Below are positions 37,802-52,604 of a DNA stretch of 64,000 bases, piece after piece. The translations under genes and the position numbers were made by a program. The notes under the pieces are model-generated. The model did no database searches, was not told the DNA's origin, and saw only the letters and a program-made list of their open reading frames with translations. This DNA comes from Antechinus flavipes (taxonomy: Eukaryota), in contig NC_067401.1 in the NCBI RefSeq assembly GCF_016432865.1, forward strand, positions 104,284,001 to 104,348,000, given 5' to 3'. Each line of letters starts with the position of its first letter. Within the stretch, counting starts at the first letter, position 1.

Positions 37802-40561
37802 GGTAGGAGCAATAGAGTTTCTGTAGTCCAACCCTCTACTGGACTCATTTTACAATTAATTTGAAGCCCCAACTGATATAACTTCAGTAACCTTCTAAGG
37901 TATCTAGCCTCAGAAGCAATGTGAGTGCTGTTATTTCCTAGAGAAAAATAAAGTTTTTATTTTATAAACTCTTTGTACACAGTTCTGCCTTCTGGATTCC
38001 TCTTTTACATTATAGTCCTTCAAATACTTGAAGCCAAACAGTCCCTTCTGCCCTTTCCTCTATAGACCAGGAATCCCTATGTCATTCACTTTTTATATGA
38101 AATGAATGCAATATCCTTTATAATTTGAATCACACTCCCCTGGATGCTCTCCAGCTTGTCAAGGTCATGCTTGTGTAGTAGGTACACTTTCTCAAACCTC
38201 TCTGGGAGCATGCTTATTTGCCATTCCTGGAGATGAGCTAGAATTCTACATGTGCAGAGTGGAAGTTAGGATTCCGTCTGCTTCTGACTATGTATGACTC
38301 ATTATTGGATTGAGTCCATCTGATTAACTGCTAACTCTGTGGAGTTAGCACTCCTCCTCCTTTCTGGTGTTGAAGCATGAGAACTATTTGAAGCTGTTTC
38401 CAAGAGAGTTAGCTGGAAGAAATGGCAAAAAGACTTATTCCCTATTTGATTCTATATAGCTATGAGTATATATATCCTGTCTCAGTAAGGTTCTTGCAAC
38501 TTAACATAATTCTTTAGATTGAATTCCATTAGAGCAGAATAGAATGGATTTGAATTAGCTTTTTGGGTGAATAAAAAGAAAAGCAACATGTGTCATGGTA
38601 TCCTGTTGACTCAGAATGATCTTTCAGCTCACTAAAAATAGTTCTTCTTAGGAACTGTTATATAGCCACACCCCAGCAAAATCTCAAAATAGTGATGTTG
38701 AAAGAGAAACTTATTCGACTGTATATGATCTAGTAAATATATCCAACAAATGTTGGATGTATGCTCTTTCTATGGATGTAAAGTAAAATACTTCTTGTGA
38801 AAGGCCTAGGGAAACTATGAGATTCCCTTCAAACCTATGATGAAGCATATTACCCCTTGACAGAGAAATGATGGGCATAAGGTACAGAGACATACTTTTT
38901 TTTGGATATGACCACTGTATGGATTAATTTTGCTTGCCTACTTTTTATTTGTTTTTTAAATAAGGGATTCTCCCCCCAACCCTGTTTTCTTTCTCTCATT
39001 TTTTTTGATGGGAGATAGCAAAAGTGATGTCAAAAAAGAAAGTCATTGTAACATATTTTAAAATGCAGAGAGAATAGAAAGGAGTTCAGAAGAAAGCACA
39101 AAATGGGATGGTTTTCAAAGTAATTAATAGAAAATATTATATTACCTCCCTACCCTTTTTTGAAAAAAAAAAGCAAGTGGAATTTCCTTTTTGTGTATGT
39201 TCTGCTATCTGTATAGAAATGTTCTTTTTTTCCCCTTGGTGTTTAAGTTCAGAACAAAATTACATTAAAAAAAAATAGAATTCCCCTTATCCATCAAATT
39301 TGCAGTCCTCTCCAAAAAAGAAGAGGTTTTTCTGGTATCATCTATTCTTCAAGAAACATTGCTTATTCTTTGTTGTCATCAATCTTATCCTCATTCTGAT
39401 ATTATACCTCTCAGCTAATAGATTCAAGTGATACTTCTTTTGAAGCTAGAGAAAGATTACATCATTACCTCTCTACTGCCCAGGCAATAGTTCCTGAAGG
39501 TCCTTCCTTTCTCTAAGGTTGATATGCAGGCTGAGAGTTTATTATGGATAGAATAACATACAAATGTAGAAATATTTCCATCATCCTATGGTTTCTTGAA
39601 TAAAAATAGGGATACAATTGAGGGAAAGCATTCCATTTTCCTCCTTTAAAAATTATATTTACTTATTTTTAACATTTTTTTTTAATTTTGAGATCCAAAC
39701 TCTCTTTTTCCCTCTAGCCCCTTCTCTACCCATTACTGAGAAGCAGCATGATATCCATTATACATGTGAAGTCATGCAAAATATATTTCTATATTAGTGA
39801 TGTTGAAAAAAGCAAGAAAAACAGAAAGTGAAAAAAATATGCTACAATCTGTACTCAGAGTTCATCAATTCTCTGGAGGGGGATAGCATTTTTCATCATG
39901 AAAAATGACAATATTTTCCACAATCACTCTCTTTGAGAAATACACCATCTCATAAGAAATGCAATGCTAGGAATTCCAATGAGGGTCATCATTGAGGTCC
40001 AGAGCCTCAAGGGAAAGGTAGTTCTTTTCTTCTATCCCATTGGTCTTTGGGGACATGACCTCAAATTCCCATGGCTCAAAGAATAACTCATATTCTGTAG
40101 AAAAATATTCTGTCCATCTTGACCTCTAAATCTAAAGTGGATTTCTGAACTATCCTTTCTAAAAGTATGGTTTTCCTCTTATTTGAAGTGACAAATGTAA
40201 TTGTTATAATGCATGTAAAGTGTTTAATATTACAATATTGAAGGGGATAGACTTTTGAGAGGAGAAAAAGAGAAAGTATTCAAGTCAAGTCAACAAGCAT
40301 TTATTAAGCATCTACTATATCAACATTATGTTAAGCATTAAGAATGACTACAAAATATTTCTTGAAGAAGGTTTGAATCATAAGAGAAAGCTAAGGGAAA
40401 TAGGTAGAGCTAGCCATAGTAGAGAGGACATTGAACTTATAAGAAGACAATTATTAGTTGTATGAACCTGAGCAAATCCCTTCACTTGCCTCAGCCTCAG
40501 TTTCCTTATCCAATAAAATGAGAGGCACTTCCTAAATACTTTTTCCATGCCAGGCACTTTC

Positions 40562-41381
40562 TTTCTTTCATTCTTTTTTTTAAACTTTATTAAAGTTTTT
40601 TATTTAATTTTCCAACATTGACCCTTGCATAACCTTTTGTTGCAAATTTTCCCCTCCTTACCCCCAGCCCTTCCCTTAGCTGGCACATTGTCCAATATAT
40701 GTTAAATATGTTGAAATACATGCTAGATCCAATATATTTATATATATACATATTTATACAGTTATCTTGTTGCACAAGAAAAATCAGATCAAGAAGGAAG
40801 AAAAAGAAAAACTGAGAAAGAAAACACAATGCAAGCAAATAATTACAGAGAGAGTGAGAATGCTATGTTGTGATCCACACTCTGTTCCCATGGTTTTCTC
40901 TCTGGGTGGAGATGGCTCTCTTTATCACTGCACAAGTGGAACTGGTTTGAATCATCTCAATGTTGAAGAGAGCCATGTGCATCAGAATTAACCGTCCTGT
41001 AGTCTTGGTGTTTCCTTGTATACTGATCTCCTGGTGCTGCTCATTTCATTTAGCAGCAGTTCATGTAAGTCTCTTCAGGCTTCTCTGAAATCATCATGCT
41101 GGTCATTTTTTTTTTTTTTACAGAGCAATAGTATTCTATAGCATTCATATACCATAATTTATTCAGCCATTCTCCAATTGATGGGCATCCATTCAGTTTC
41201 CAGTTTTAGTCATTACAGAGGACTGCCACAAACATTTTTGTACATGTGCAAAATCTCCTTTAAAATCTCTTTGGGGTATAATCCCAGTAGACACATTGCT
41301 GGGTCAAAGGGTATGCACAGTTGGATAACTTTTTGAGCATAGTTCCAAATTGCTCTCCAGAATGGTTGGATCCATTTACAG
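40562..41381 (-). mobile_element. 5'-truncated L1 with 16-bp TSD
   Basis: catgccaggcactttc at 40546-40561 and 41382-41397. Confidence 0.9.
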
Positions 41382-43409
41382 CATGCCAGGCACTTTCATT
41401 ATTTAGCAGCCCCTGTTCCTGGGGATCTTAACCTTGTTTTCTTTAATCTTAATGAATAAAACTTGTTAGGTCAGCTCATTAGATCAAAATACAGATTTGC
41501 AGTTGAAAGTAACCTTAAGTAGCCATTGAATTCAACCTTTTTTCCTAGTCACTTTTAATGCCAGTGCTTTCCTATGAGACGATCTCCATTTTATTCTATA
41601 TATGCAGTTTCTTATTTGTGTATAGTTGTTTACATGTTATCTTCCCCATTATACTGTGAGCCTCTTGAGAGGATGAATTTTGCTTGTTTTCTTGTTTTTC
41701 CTTTTTTTTTTTTTTTAACATAACTAGCACTTAACATAGTATTGACATAGAAGGTGCTTAATAAATGCTTGTTGACTTGACTTGAAGATACAATATTTTT
41801 CTATGGAATATGAGTTATTCTCTGAGCCATGGAAATTTAAGGTCATATCCCCAAAATGCAATGTGACAGAAGGAAAGAACTATCTTTCTCCTGAGGTTGT
41901 AGACTTCAGTGATGGGCCTCATTGGAGTTCTTAGGATTTCAATTCTTATGAGATGATGTACTTGTCAGAAAATCCTTAAGAAATGACACAAAGGTAGAGT
42001 AGATAGCTGGAGACATGGATCACTTCTTTATTTTTCTTTTTATTTCTTGTATTTGTGCCCCTCCCCCTCCCCACCAGTGCTAAGCATGAAATTTATCATC
42101 CCTCACAGCCCTCAAGAAAGCAGAATTTGCTACAGACTCTGGATGAAGCAAGTTTGGAGAGATCTTCAAGGTCTTAAATTGCCTCCACCATATATTCAGT
42201 GATGCCCTATATCATACCTAGCATGTAGTGAACTTAAATGTTTGTTGACTTGACTTGTTGACATTTTCAAGGGAAAAGGCAGGATCTGGATCAGGAAGAA
42301 AAATGTTCATAATCATTGAGCTGGAAGGAAATTAGAAAACATCTTGTTCAACCCATTTATTTTATATGATCAGGAAACTGAGACCTGGAGATATGAGATA
42401 ACTTATCCAAGTTTATACAGTTAGGCAAGGTATAACCATGACTAGATTCCAAAGCCTCATGGATTCTGTCTCTATCAGACTACCTGATCCTCAATCTAAT
42501 GTTCTTTCCAATCATATACATGGCACTAATTCTCTCTCTAAGACTATCATATCTTTATAAAAACTCCATTATGCCCTGAGAAATATGATCAAAATAATGG
42601 AGTACATTAGGCAGTACTCAGCATGGATGCATCTCCTTTCATCCCCTCTTTCTACAACTTTTACTCTTCCCTCTTCCTCAATCCCCTCATTTACTTGATA
42701 GCAATGGCAACCATTTCTAAAGATTTCCAGAGGGTCAAAAGTTGTGGGAATTTTCCCAGCCATCATTGCTGGTCTTGTCCAATCCCAAATTTATAAAATG
42801 ACTCTTCTTAATTTGCTGTTCTTGTTGGTCAGTCATTTTAGTTGTGTCCAATTCTTTGCAATCCCATTAGGAATTTTCTTGGCAAACTTACTGGAGTAGT
42901 TTGCCATTTCCTTCTCTAACTCATTTTTGATGAGGAAATTGAGGCAAATAGGGCTAAATGATTTACCCATGATCACATAGATAGTAAATGTCTGAGGTCA
43001 GATTTGATTGCAGGAAATGAATCTTCCTAATTCCAGGCCCAGTGTATTATCCACTGAACCATTCTTCTTAAAGAAATGAACATGAGTAATAATTCCAAAT
43101 ATGATATCACTAGTTGAGCCAATTTAGGTGGTGCAATGAATTGAGGGCTGGACCTGGAATCAGGAAGATCTGAATTCAAATTCAGCCTTGGACACTATTG
43201 AGGCAAATAAAAATTAAGAGATTTGCCCAGCATCACACACTATGAGCTGTGTGATTCTGGGCAAGTCTCTTAATTTTTATTTGCCTCAATTTCCTCAATA
43301 GGAATAATAATAATATTTATCTCTCAGAGTTCTTGCAAAGATCAAATAAAATAAGAGTTTAAAGCACTTAGAGGAGTGTTTGGTACATAATAGTCACAAT
43401 ACCAACACA

Positions 43410-43863
43410 ATTATTTTCGGTAAAACTAGACCCAATATGCTAAGATTTGCTGCTATGAAGGAGGTTTGAAAGACCACAGCCTGAGACCAGAATAAAATGA
43501 GATTATTATATGGTATAATATAATAATAATAATACATATTATTATACATGCACACACACATACATGCACACAGATGGTACCCATGATCTAAATTGTCAAT
43601 TGTGTTTTAGAATTTCCTAAATTTTACAGATGGGGGTTACCTAGGCAAAGAAGGTGTGAGGATAAACTTAGATAAACCAAGATTAACTGAAAATTCAGAG
43701 AAGCTGTATTAGCAGCACCAGAATTAAAAATCAGAAATAGAAATAACTGTGAATTTACCCTTGTACAGACAGAGAAGCCACAGGGGCCACAATTAGGGTT
43801 GGAGCATCTGATGCTAACTTTGACAAGTAGGCAAGACTAAGATGAGTCTTGGGCTGACCTTAC
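43410..43863 (-). mobile_element. Probable LTR-like element; boundaries uncertain
   Basis: LTR-like composition ending ...ggctgaccttaca; no TSD found. Confidence 0.4.
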
Positions 43864-45134
43864 AACAAAGGCCCTGCAGACATAGATTTAAATCTTTATA
43901 ATGAGAAAGGAGGAAATAGTTACCACATTAACTTCCACACTTTCCTGGTCTGGTTTCTGCACAGAGTGGGTTGCATAGAACAGCAGAAGGGGGAGGCATA
44001 GGTAGATACAGTTAGCCTGAAAGAAGAACTGGAGGGTCTGATTAACCAAAAAGTTAATATGAGTCACCAGTAATAGGACTACTAAAATAAGCCAAGGTAG
44101 CCTGAGAAGCATGGTGTTTAGAAATGGGAAGGTGATAATATCATGGCATTCTGCCACTATCAGAACATCTTTGGAGTGTTGTGTTTATTTTGGGGTGCCA
44201 CATTTTAGGAAGAACACTGATGAGCTTGAGAGCATCCAGAAAAAGGGAACTGAGATGATGAAAAACTGAAGTTTATGGCAAATAAGGATGAGTTGGAGAA
44301 ATTAGGAATGCTTAACCTTGAAAAGAGAAGTCTTTGGGGAATCATGCTAGCAGTCTACAAGTTTTCTAAGACTTCCTCATAGAAGAGAGATTAATTTTTT
44401 TTCTTTGTGGTCCCAAAAAGGCAAATCTAGAATCAATGGAAAGAAGTTGTAAAGAGGCAGATTTAAGTTTAATGTAAAGAGAAATTTCCTGACAATTAGA
44501 ACCAAGGTTTTATTGGAATCAACTTGTTCTAGCACTCAAGAGCTACTATAAATCAAGGCTTGATTTATTGTTTGTCTAGGGAAGGAAATAAGCATTTATA
44601 TAGTGCCTACTATGTGTCAGACACTTTACACATATGATATCATTTGATCCTAGTAACAACCTTGAAGAAGTAGGTACTATCCCTTTTTCTATTATGTAAT
44701 TGAGGTAATTTATATTATGAAATGGAGATTATATGACTTGCATAGGATAACACAGTTAATAATTGTCTGGGGCTGTATTTAAATTCAAATCGTTTTGACT
44801 CTAGGCCAAGAGCACTATTCATTGTATCATCTAGCTGCCTTCTCTTATTAAGTCCAATCTTAATAAAATACTAGAGAAAAAGGTGATGATGCAGATTAAA
44901 CAGAAAAACATGTCCTGTCTAAGAAGCTGGTTGTTAAATATGTATTAGCACACCCCTGCTGAGAACTATCAAATAGTGAAATGTGTTTTCTCAGAAGGAA
45001 ATAAATTCTCTTTCATGAATGGGATTCAATCAAGAATTGAATGATCATTTATTGGGTTTTTTAGAGAAAGGATGATTTTTTTCAGATAAAGACTGGACTA
45101 TGTAGTCTCTGTAGTCCTTTCCAACTCAGATGGT

Positions 45135-45571
45135 TGTTGTGCCCTGCTTTCTAGATCCCCCATGGCAGCATGATTGAAACATACTGTTTTAGTGGAGGAG
45201 TGATGAGGTGGGACTCCTGAGAATGGTAGAAATATGGAGTCTGCTTATCCAAGATCTTCCCCCTTTATATACCCTAATACCCTTATGTAACCAAAACAAC
45301 ACGGGGCATGTGCTAAGTATATACTGGGCATGTGGGACCACATAAACAACTTGCTATTACATGTAGTTTGCCACCTGGGATCACTCTTTCCCACCTAGTA
45401 TCACTCTGCTTCAATCACAACACAGGCAGTCACTGCCCACTGACTTCTCAGGAAGGCCAAGACCTCTTAGGGGAGATGGAGAGCTGAATCAGACCTTGTC
45501 AGCAGGTTCCCTTTGGGCTGACGGGTCTTATACCTCACCCAGAGTTCCCCTACTGTCTGTGGTCCTCTACA
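45135..45571 (-). mobile_element. Solo LTR, 437 bp, TSD GATGGT
   Basis: TG...CA; TSD at 45129-45134 and 45572-45577; TATA-like gtatataaag on the - strand. Confidence 0.85.
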
Positions 45572-47579
45572 GATGGTGACAAGGATATTAAGTGTGATGT
45601 AAGATAATGATGGGTGCTGTGTGCAAGATATAAGGAGAATGTCTCTTGCTTTTAAGTGACTTTTGATTGTATTAAACCATCTATATAAATCCAGGAAGGA
45701 AGTAGGAAAGAAAGAGTTGGGAGGTTCAGTACAGTATAGGAAGGGGAGGTAAACTGTCAGATAAGATTTTTATTTATTTATTTTAGTGAGACAATTGGGG
45801 TTAAGTATATAAATATTAAATGTCTGAGGTTAGATTTGAACTCAGGTACTCCTGACTCCAAGGCTAGTGCTCTATCCACTTTATATCTAGCTGTCCTTTA
45901 GGTAATACTTAAAACTAGCTAAATTTCTATCCCTCATTCTTTGGACTTTCTTTACCATGATCTTGAGAACCTCCCTCCCTTATTTTTCAGCTTTCTATTA
46001 TGGATTGCCTTCTTCCGTGGAAATGTAAGCTCCTTGATAGAAGGAATTATCTTTTTTTCCCAATTATGTTTGTATTCCCAGCATTTAAGACATGTCTGGG
46101 ATATTGCAAATGCTTGTCAATTTGACTTGACTCATAGATACTTTTGTACTAGCTGGAAAAACCTCCTCTTGAGTAGTGTCCTAAAGAAATATTTTGAAGA
46201 CATCATCCACAAGTCAGAACCTCAAATAATTTGAAAATCTTTTTCACTTCAATCCATAGATTCATAAACTTTATAGTTGAGAAGGATCACAGATATAAAG
46301 TGTCAGTCATCTAGTCCACTTCCCTCCATTTTATAAGTAAAGTGTATTAAGTTACTTTCCTAAAGTGGCACAGATAGCAAATGTTGGCCATATCCTTAAA
46401 TTTAAAGATGAGGAAACTGAGTCTTGTAGAAGGGGAAATGACTTACTTAACATTTCATATAAGCAATGGCAGCAATTGAGAGTAGGATCCAGGTTTCCTG
46501 ACTCCTTATCTGCTCAAGAATAGCTCTATCTTTGTATCCCAACAAGGTACAATATGCAGAGGTTATAGTCAATGATAGAATTAAGTTAAGGTCATGATAC
46601 ATGAAGAGAACTACATTGATCCTCGAGATGGATATGTGTTCTCTCTCTCCATTTTGGATAGAGAAGGTACTTCTCATCTTCCCTGCATATTTTCCTGGAC
46701 ATAAACACTTAAGATCCCACACAAGGAGAAGGGAAGAGGTAGGAAATCAAAGTTTATTAAGCATGTACTAAGTGCCAGCTACTATGCTAAACACTTTTAC
46801 AAATATCTTATTGCAACAAGGGGCCCAGTGAACAGAGCCCTGAGACTGGAGTTAAAAATATCTGAGTTCAAATTCAGCTTCAGATATTTACTAGTTGTGA
46901 CCCAGGACAAAGCCCTTAATCTGTTTCCCTCAGCTTCTCCAACTGTAAAATAAGAATCATAATAGTAATTACTTCAGGATTGTTAAGATCAAATGAGATA
47001 AAAGTGTTGATCCCTAAGAAGATAATCTTTCTCCTCAAACCTACCCAAGGTACATTGAGTACTTTCAAAAAAATTTTTTTGCATGTTTGTTCAATCAAGT
47101 CTTCCTAAAGGATAAAATAATTTTGTCATGGGGTCCTTTTAAGTCTGATTTCCATGATAAATGGTCCTTGGCCAAGAGTCTTGGCCTCTGTTCTCATTTC
47201 CATCTTAGCAGACTTAACTTACTTTTCTGCAAACCACTCCCTCAGTGCCCAGGCACTCACTTCCTCTTCATCTTAATTTTTAAAAGTAATTATTAACATC
47301 TGCACTTCCCTCCCCTAATCTGGCTCCAAAGCTTAGATGGTAGAAAGAGGAAGTTTTTCTATAGGGGTTATTCACACACAGAGATCCAGAAAATAGTTTG
47401 CTCAATCCTGTTTTTAACTAAAATGGTCCATCCCAGACTGTGGCCACTCTTCCTTCTCAGTATCCTCCTGGGTGAGTACACACTGTTATACTATGATCTG
47501 AGGCTTCAGGTGCTTCACTTTCCAGTTTCTCTCTTTCACCTTTCACTACTCTAATCTTTCTTGGCTTTGAACTGACCAC

Positions 47580-49530
47580 TTTCCAAGTCAGAAAAATATT
47601 GCTGTTACTGTGTAGAATATTCTCCTGGTTTTGCTTACTTCACTTTACAGCAGTTCATGTGAATATTTTCAGGTTTTTCTGAAATCATCCTGCTTGTCAT
47701 TTCTTATAGTATAATAGTATTCCATCAAAATTTTATGTCACAACTTGCTCAGTCATTCCCCAATTGATAGGCATTCCTTCAATTTCCAGTTCTTAGCCAC
47801 TGCAAAAAAAAAAAAAAAAAAAGCTGCTATAAATGCCTTTGTACAAATAGGTGTTTTTCCCTTAAAAAAAAAATCTCTTTGGGATAATGGTCTAATAATG
47901 ATATTACTGGATTAAAGATTAGATACAGTTTGGTTGCCCTTTGAGCATAGTTCCAAATTGCTCTCCAGAATGGGTTAAATTAGTTCACAACTTCATCGCA
48001 ATACATTATGTTCCAGTTCCCACCCCCACCCCCCAGTCTATTCATCACCTTCCTTTTCTGTCATGTAAGACAATCTGATAGGTATAAGGTGGTATCTGAG
48101 TTGTTTTACTTTGCTTTTCTCTAATCAGTAGTGATTTAGAACATTTTTATATTACTATAGATAGCTTTGATTTCTTCATCTGAAAACTGCTGGTTCATAT
48201 TCTTTGACCATTTATTGTAGTGTTCTCTTCTTTTCTAAAATATGATCGTTCTCTGGAGGAGCAGGTTTCTTGGGGAGCTTCTGGAGGCAGCCTTAGTTTC
48301 AGTTCAATAATCACCTCAAATACAGCCAGCTGTTAAAGTACAGTCCTTTATTGTCTCTTCCAAAGTAGCCCAGTTAGTTTTCTTAGAGGCCTATCTCCCT
48401 CCTTGGTTCCAAGAGCTCTTGCAGCTTGTCCTTTGTCACCTCCAGCTCCCTCTGAATCTCCAATTCTACTCTTCTCAACTGACTCCTCGCTGAGGCTCTG
48501 AGAGCTTTTATAGGCTCTTTTAGAGGCATAAACTCAAAAGTTGACTCCTCCTCCGAGAGAGTGGGATTGTGGGTTCCTGACTTGTGAATCTCCCGAACTT
48601 GTGAACTCTAATGTGTGAGCTAATGTGTGAACTCTCAAAGGTGTAAACTTAAGTACATAAGCATTGTTTCTATCAATTCCAGTGAGTTAATACTTTGGAA
48701 AGATTCTAACAATTTATCAATTGGGGAATTATCTGAATTTTTATAAATTTGACTCAGTTCTCCATATATTTGAGAAATAAGGCCTACTTGATATAAAATT
48801 GTTTCCTATTTTTCTGCTTTCTTTAATTGAACTGATTTTGTTTCTGCAAAAACTTTTTAATTGTATATAATAAAAATTATTTATTTTGTATTTTGTAATG
48901 TTCCTCATCTCTAGTTTAATCCTAAATTCTTTCCTTACCCATAGACCTGACAGGTAAATTATTCCATGCTCCCTTAATTTCCTTATGGTCTAACCTTTAT
49001 GTATGAATCATGTATCCATTTTAACCTTATCTTGGTATATCAAGTGAAATATTGGTATTTACCTAGTTTCTGTCAGAGTATTTTCTAGTTTCCCTAGCAC
49101 TTATTATCAAATGGTGAGTTTTTGTCCCCAAAGTTTAGGTCTTTGGATTTATTAAACATTAAATTACTAAAGTAACTTACTACAATGTATTGTGCACCTA
49201 ATCTAGTCCACTGATTCACTGCTCTATTTCTTAGCCAGTACCAGATTTTTTAGATGATTACTGCTTTATAATGCAGTTTGAGATTTGATATGGTTAGTCC
49301 AACTTCATTCACATTTTTTCCCATTGATTTCCTTAATATTCTTGATCTTTTGTTTTTCCAGATGAATTTTGTTATTTTTTTTAGTTCTATAAAATATTTT
49401 TGGTAGTCTAATTGGTATAATTCAAAGTAGAATAATTTAGGTAGAATTGTCATTTTTATTATGTTGATTCTATCCTCCCATGAGGTAGAATGAATTGCTC
49501 TTCCTTGAGCAATTCATATTTTTCCAATTA
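47580..49530 (-). mobile_element. Older L1 (ORF2 C-terminal part and 3' UTR) interrupted by an LTR
   Basis: ILPKLFY..KFIWKNKRSRI..LKLHYKA is L1 ORF2; sequence resumes across the LTR. Confidence 0.85.
48216..48711 (-). mobile_element. Solo LTR, 496 bp, TSD ATTTAT, inserted in L1
   Basis: TG...CA; TSD at 48210-48215 and 48712-48717. Confidence 0.88.
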
Positions 49531-52177
49531 TTTAGATATCTGTAAATTTTAAGGAACTATGAAAATATTAGTTATTAACATGTATCGGTTGTCAAAGTTC
49601 AGAATAGACTAGACCAAAGTTTCACCTGAAAAGAAAAAAAAAAGCCAAAGTTTTGCATTTCCTCTGGTCAGGTTTGGATATATACCAGAGAGAAATTTGG
49701 CAAATTTCCATTGTGCCAAATCATTTCCATAGACAACAAGTAGAGGATGGAATTTCTTCTCTCTACAACTCATAATTCAGTTCCTGTTTTCTTTCTTTCT
49801 TTTTTTTTTAAATTTTAAATTTTATTTTATTTAATAATAACTTTGTATTGACAGAATCCATGCCAGGATAATTTTTTTACAACATTATCCCTTGCACTCG
49901 CTTATGTTTCGTTTTTTCCCCTCCCTCCCTCCACCCCCCCATCCCAAGATGGCAAGCAGTCCTATATATGTTAAATATGTTGCAGTATATCCTAGATACA
50001 ATACATATTTGCAGAACTGAACAGTTCTCCCGCTGCACAGGGAGAATTGGATTCAGAAGGTAAAAATAACTCGGGAAGAAAATCAAAAATACAAATAGTT
50101 CACATTCATTTCCCAGTGTTCCTTCTTTGGGTGTAGCTATTTCTGTCCATCATTTATCCATTGAAACTCAGTTAGGTCTCTTTGTCATAGAAATCCACTT
50201 CCATCAGAATACATCCTCATACAATATCGTTGTCGAAGTGTATAATGATCTCCTGGTTCTGCTCATCTCACTTAGCATCAGTCCATGTAGATCTCTCCAA
50301 GCCTCTCTGTATTCATCCTGCTGGTCATTCCTTACAGAGCAATAATATTCCATAACATTCGTATACCACAATTTACCCAGCCATTCTCCAATTGATGGGC
50401 ATCCATTCATTTTCCAGTTTCTAGCCACTACAAACAGGGCTGCCACAAACATTTTGGCACATACAGGTCCCTTTCCCTTTTTTAGTATCTCTTTGGGGTA
50501 TAAGCCCAATAGAAACACTGCTGGATCAAAGGGTATGCACAGTTTGATAACTTTTTGGGCATAATTCCAGATTGGTCTCCAGCAGTTCCTGTTTTCTGAG
50601 ATTCTTGAAAGGATGGTCTGAATTTAGGAAAGATCTTTGACAAATGGTGAGTTTTTGTCCCCAAAGTTTAGGTCTTTGGATTTATTAAACATTAAATTAC
50701 TAAAGTAACTTACTCCAATGTATTGTGCACCTAATCTAGTCCACTGATTCACTGCTCTATTTCTTAGCCAGTACCAGATTTTTTAGATGATTACTGCTTT
50801 ATAATGCAGTTTGAGATTTGATATGGTTAGTCCAACTTCATTCACATTTTTTCCCATTGATTTCCTTAATATTCTTGATCTTTTGTTTTTCCAGATGAAT
50901 TTTGTTATTTTTTTTAGTTCTATAAAATATTTTTGGTAGTCTAATTGGTATAATTCAAAGTAGAATAATTTAGGTAGAATTGTCATTTTTATTATGTTGA
51001 TTCTATCCTCCCATGAGGTAGAATGAATTGCTCTTCCTTGAGCAATTCATATTTTTCCAATTATTTAAATATCTGTAAATTTTAAGGAACTATGAAAATA
51101 TTAGTTATTAACATGTATCGGTTGTCAAAGTTCAGAATAGACTAGACCAAAGTTTCACCTGAAAAGAAAAAAAAAAAAGCCAAAGTTTTGCATTTCCTCT
51201 GGTCAGGTTTGGATATATACCAGAGAGAAATTTGGCAAATTTCCATTGTGCAATTTCCATAGACAACAAATATAGGATGAATTTCTTCTCTCTACAACTC
51301 ATAATTCAGTTCCTGTTTTCTTTCTTTCTTTTTTTTTTAAATTTTAAATTTTATTTTATTTAATAATAACTTTGTATTGACAGAATCCATGCCAGGATAA
51401 TTTTTTTACAACATTATCCCTTGCACTCGCTTATGTTTCGTTTTTTCCCCTCCCTCCCTCCACCCCCCCATCCCAAGATGGCAAGCAGTCCTATATATGT
51501 TAAATATGTTGCAGTATATCCTAGATACAATACATATTTGCAGAACTGAACAGTTCTCCCGCTGCACAGGAGAATTGGATTCAGAAGGTAAAAATAACTC
51601 GGGAAGAAAATCAAAAATACAAATAGTTCACATTCATTTCCCAGTGTTCCTTCTTTGGGTGTAGCTATTTCTGTCCATCATTTATCCATTGAAACTCAGT
51701 TAGGTCTCTTTGTCATAGAAATCCACTTCCATCAGAATACATCCTCATACAATATCGTTGTCGAAGTGTATAATGATCTCCTGGTTCTGCTCATCTCACT
51801 TAGCATCAGTCCATGTAGATCTCTCCAAGCCTCTCTGTATTCATCCTGCTGGTCATTCCTTACAGAGCAATAATATTCCATAACATTCGTATACCACAAT
51901 TTACCCAGCCATTCTCCAATTGATGGGCATCCATTCATTTTCCAGTTTCTAGCCACTACAAACAGGGCTGCCACAAACATTTTGGCACATACAGGTCCCT
52001 TTCCCTTTTTTAGTATCTCTTTGGGGTATAAGCCCAATAGAAACACTGCTGGATCAAAGGGTATGCACAGTTTGATAACTTTTTGGGCATAATTCCAGAT
52101 TGGTCTCCAGCAGTTCCTGTTTTCTGAGATTCTTGAAAGGATGGTCTGAATTTAGGAAAGATCTTTGACACATGGTG
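49108..52177. repeat. Tandem duplication, about 1530 bp, with a few differences
   Basis: ORF offsets 1533 and 1528; junction ca(a/c)atggtg. Confidence 0.95.
49793..50582 (-). mobile_element. Young 5'-truncated L1 with 15-bp TSD (second copy at 51322-52110)
   Basis: TSD cagttcctgttttct at 49778 and 50583; ORF2 end LLGLYPKE..CAKMFVAALFVVARNWK..WLGKLWY..EYY. Confidence 0.92.
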
Positions 52178-52604
52178 TCTAGTTTATCTGTTCTTCCCAA
52201 ACCACAAAAAGGTAACCCAAAATAGGTGCTTCCATTTTCCTGTTACTATGTTTTTAACCTCTTACAATTTTGGCTTCTGACCTTATCATGACACTGAAGT
52301 TTCTGTTTCCAAAGTTAATAAAGAGATGCAACTAGATGGTGCAGTGGATAGAAAACTAGTAGCCTTAGACACTTAATATTTATTTAGCTAGTTACTTAAG
52401 GCAAGTCACTTGATTCTATTGCCCCTCCAAAAGTCAAAATTAATAAATGTTTTAGTTGCAAAAATCTAATGAGTTTTTTCTCAATTCTTATTCTCCTTGA
52501 AGAATTGTTGATCATTCTTTAAAAATGAATTTTTATTGATATCTTTTGGTTTTACATTTTAAAATTTGCTTTTATATCCCTCTCCTACCCTCTTTCCAGA
52601 AAAT

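Noticed and set aside
50204-50518. Clean 104-aa ORF and its twin at 51732-52046
   Set aside because: L1 ORF2 C-terminus in a 5'-truncated copy, not a host gene
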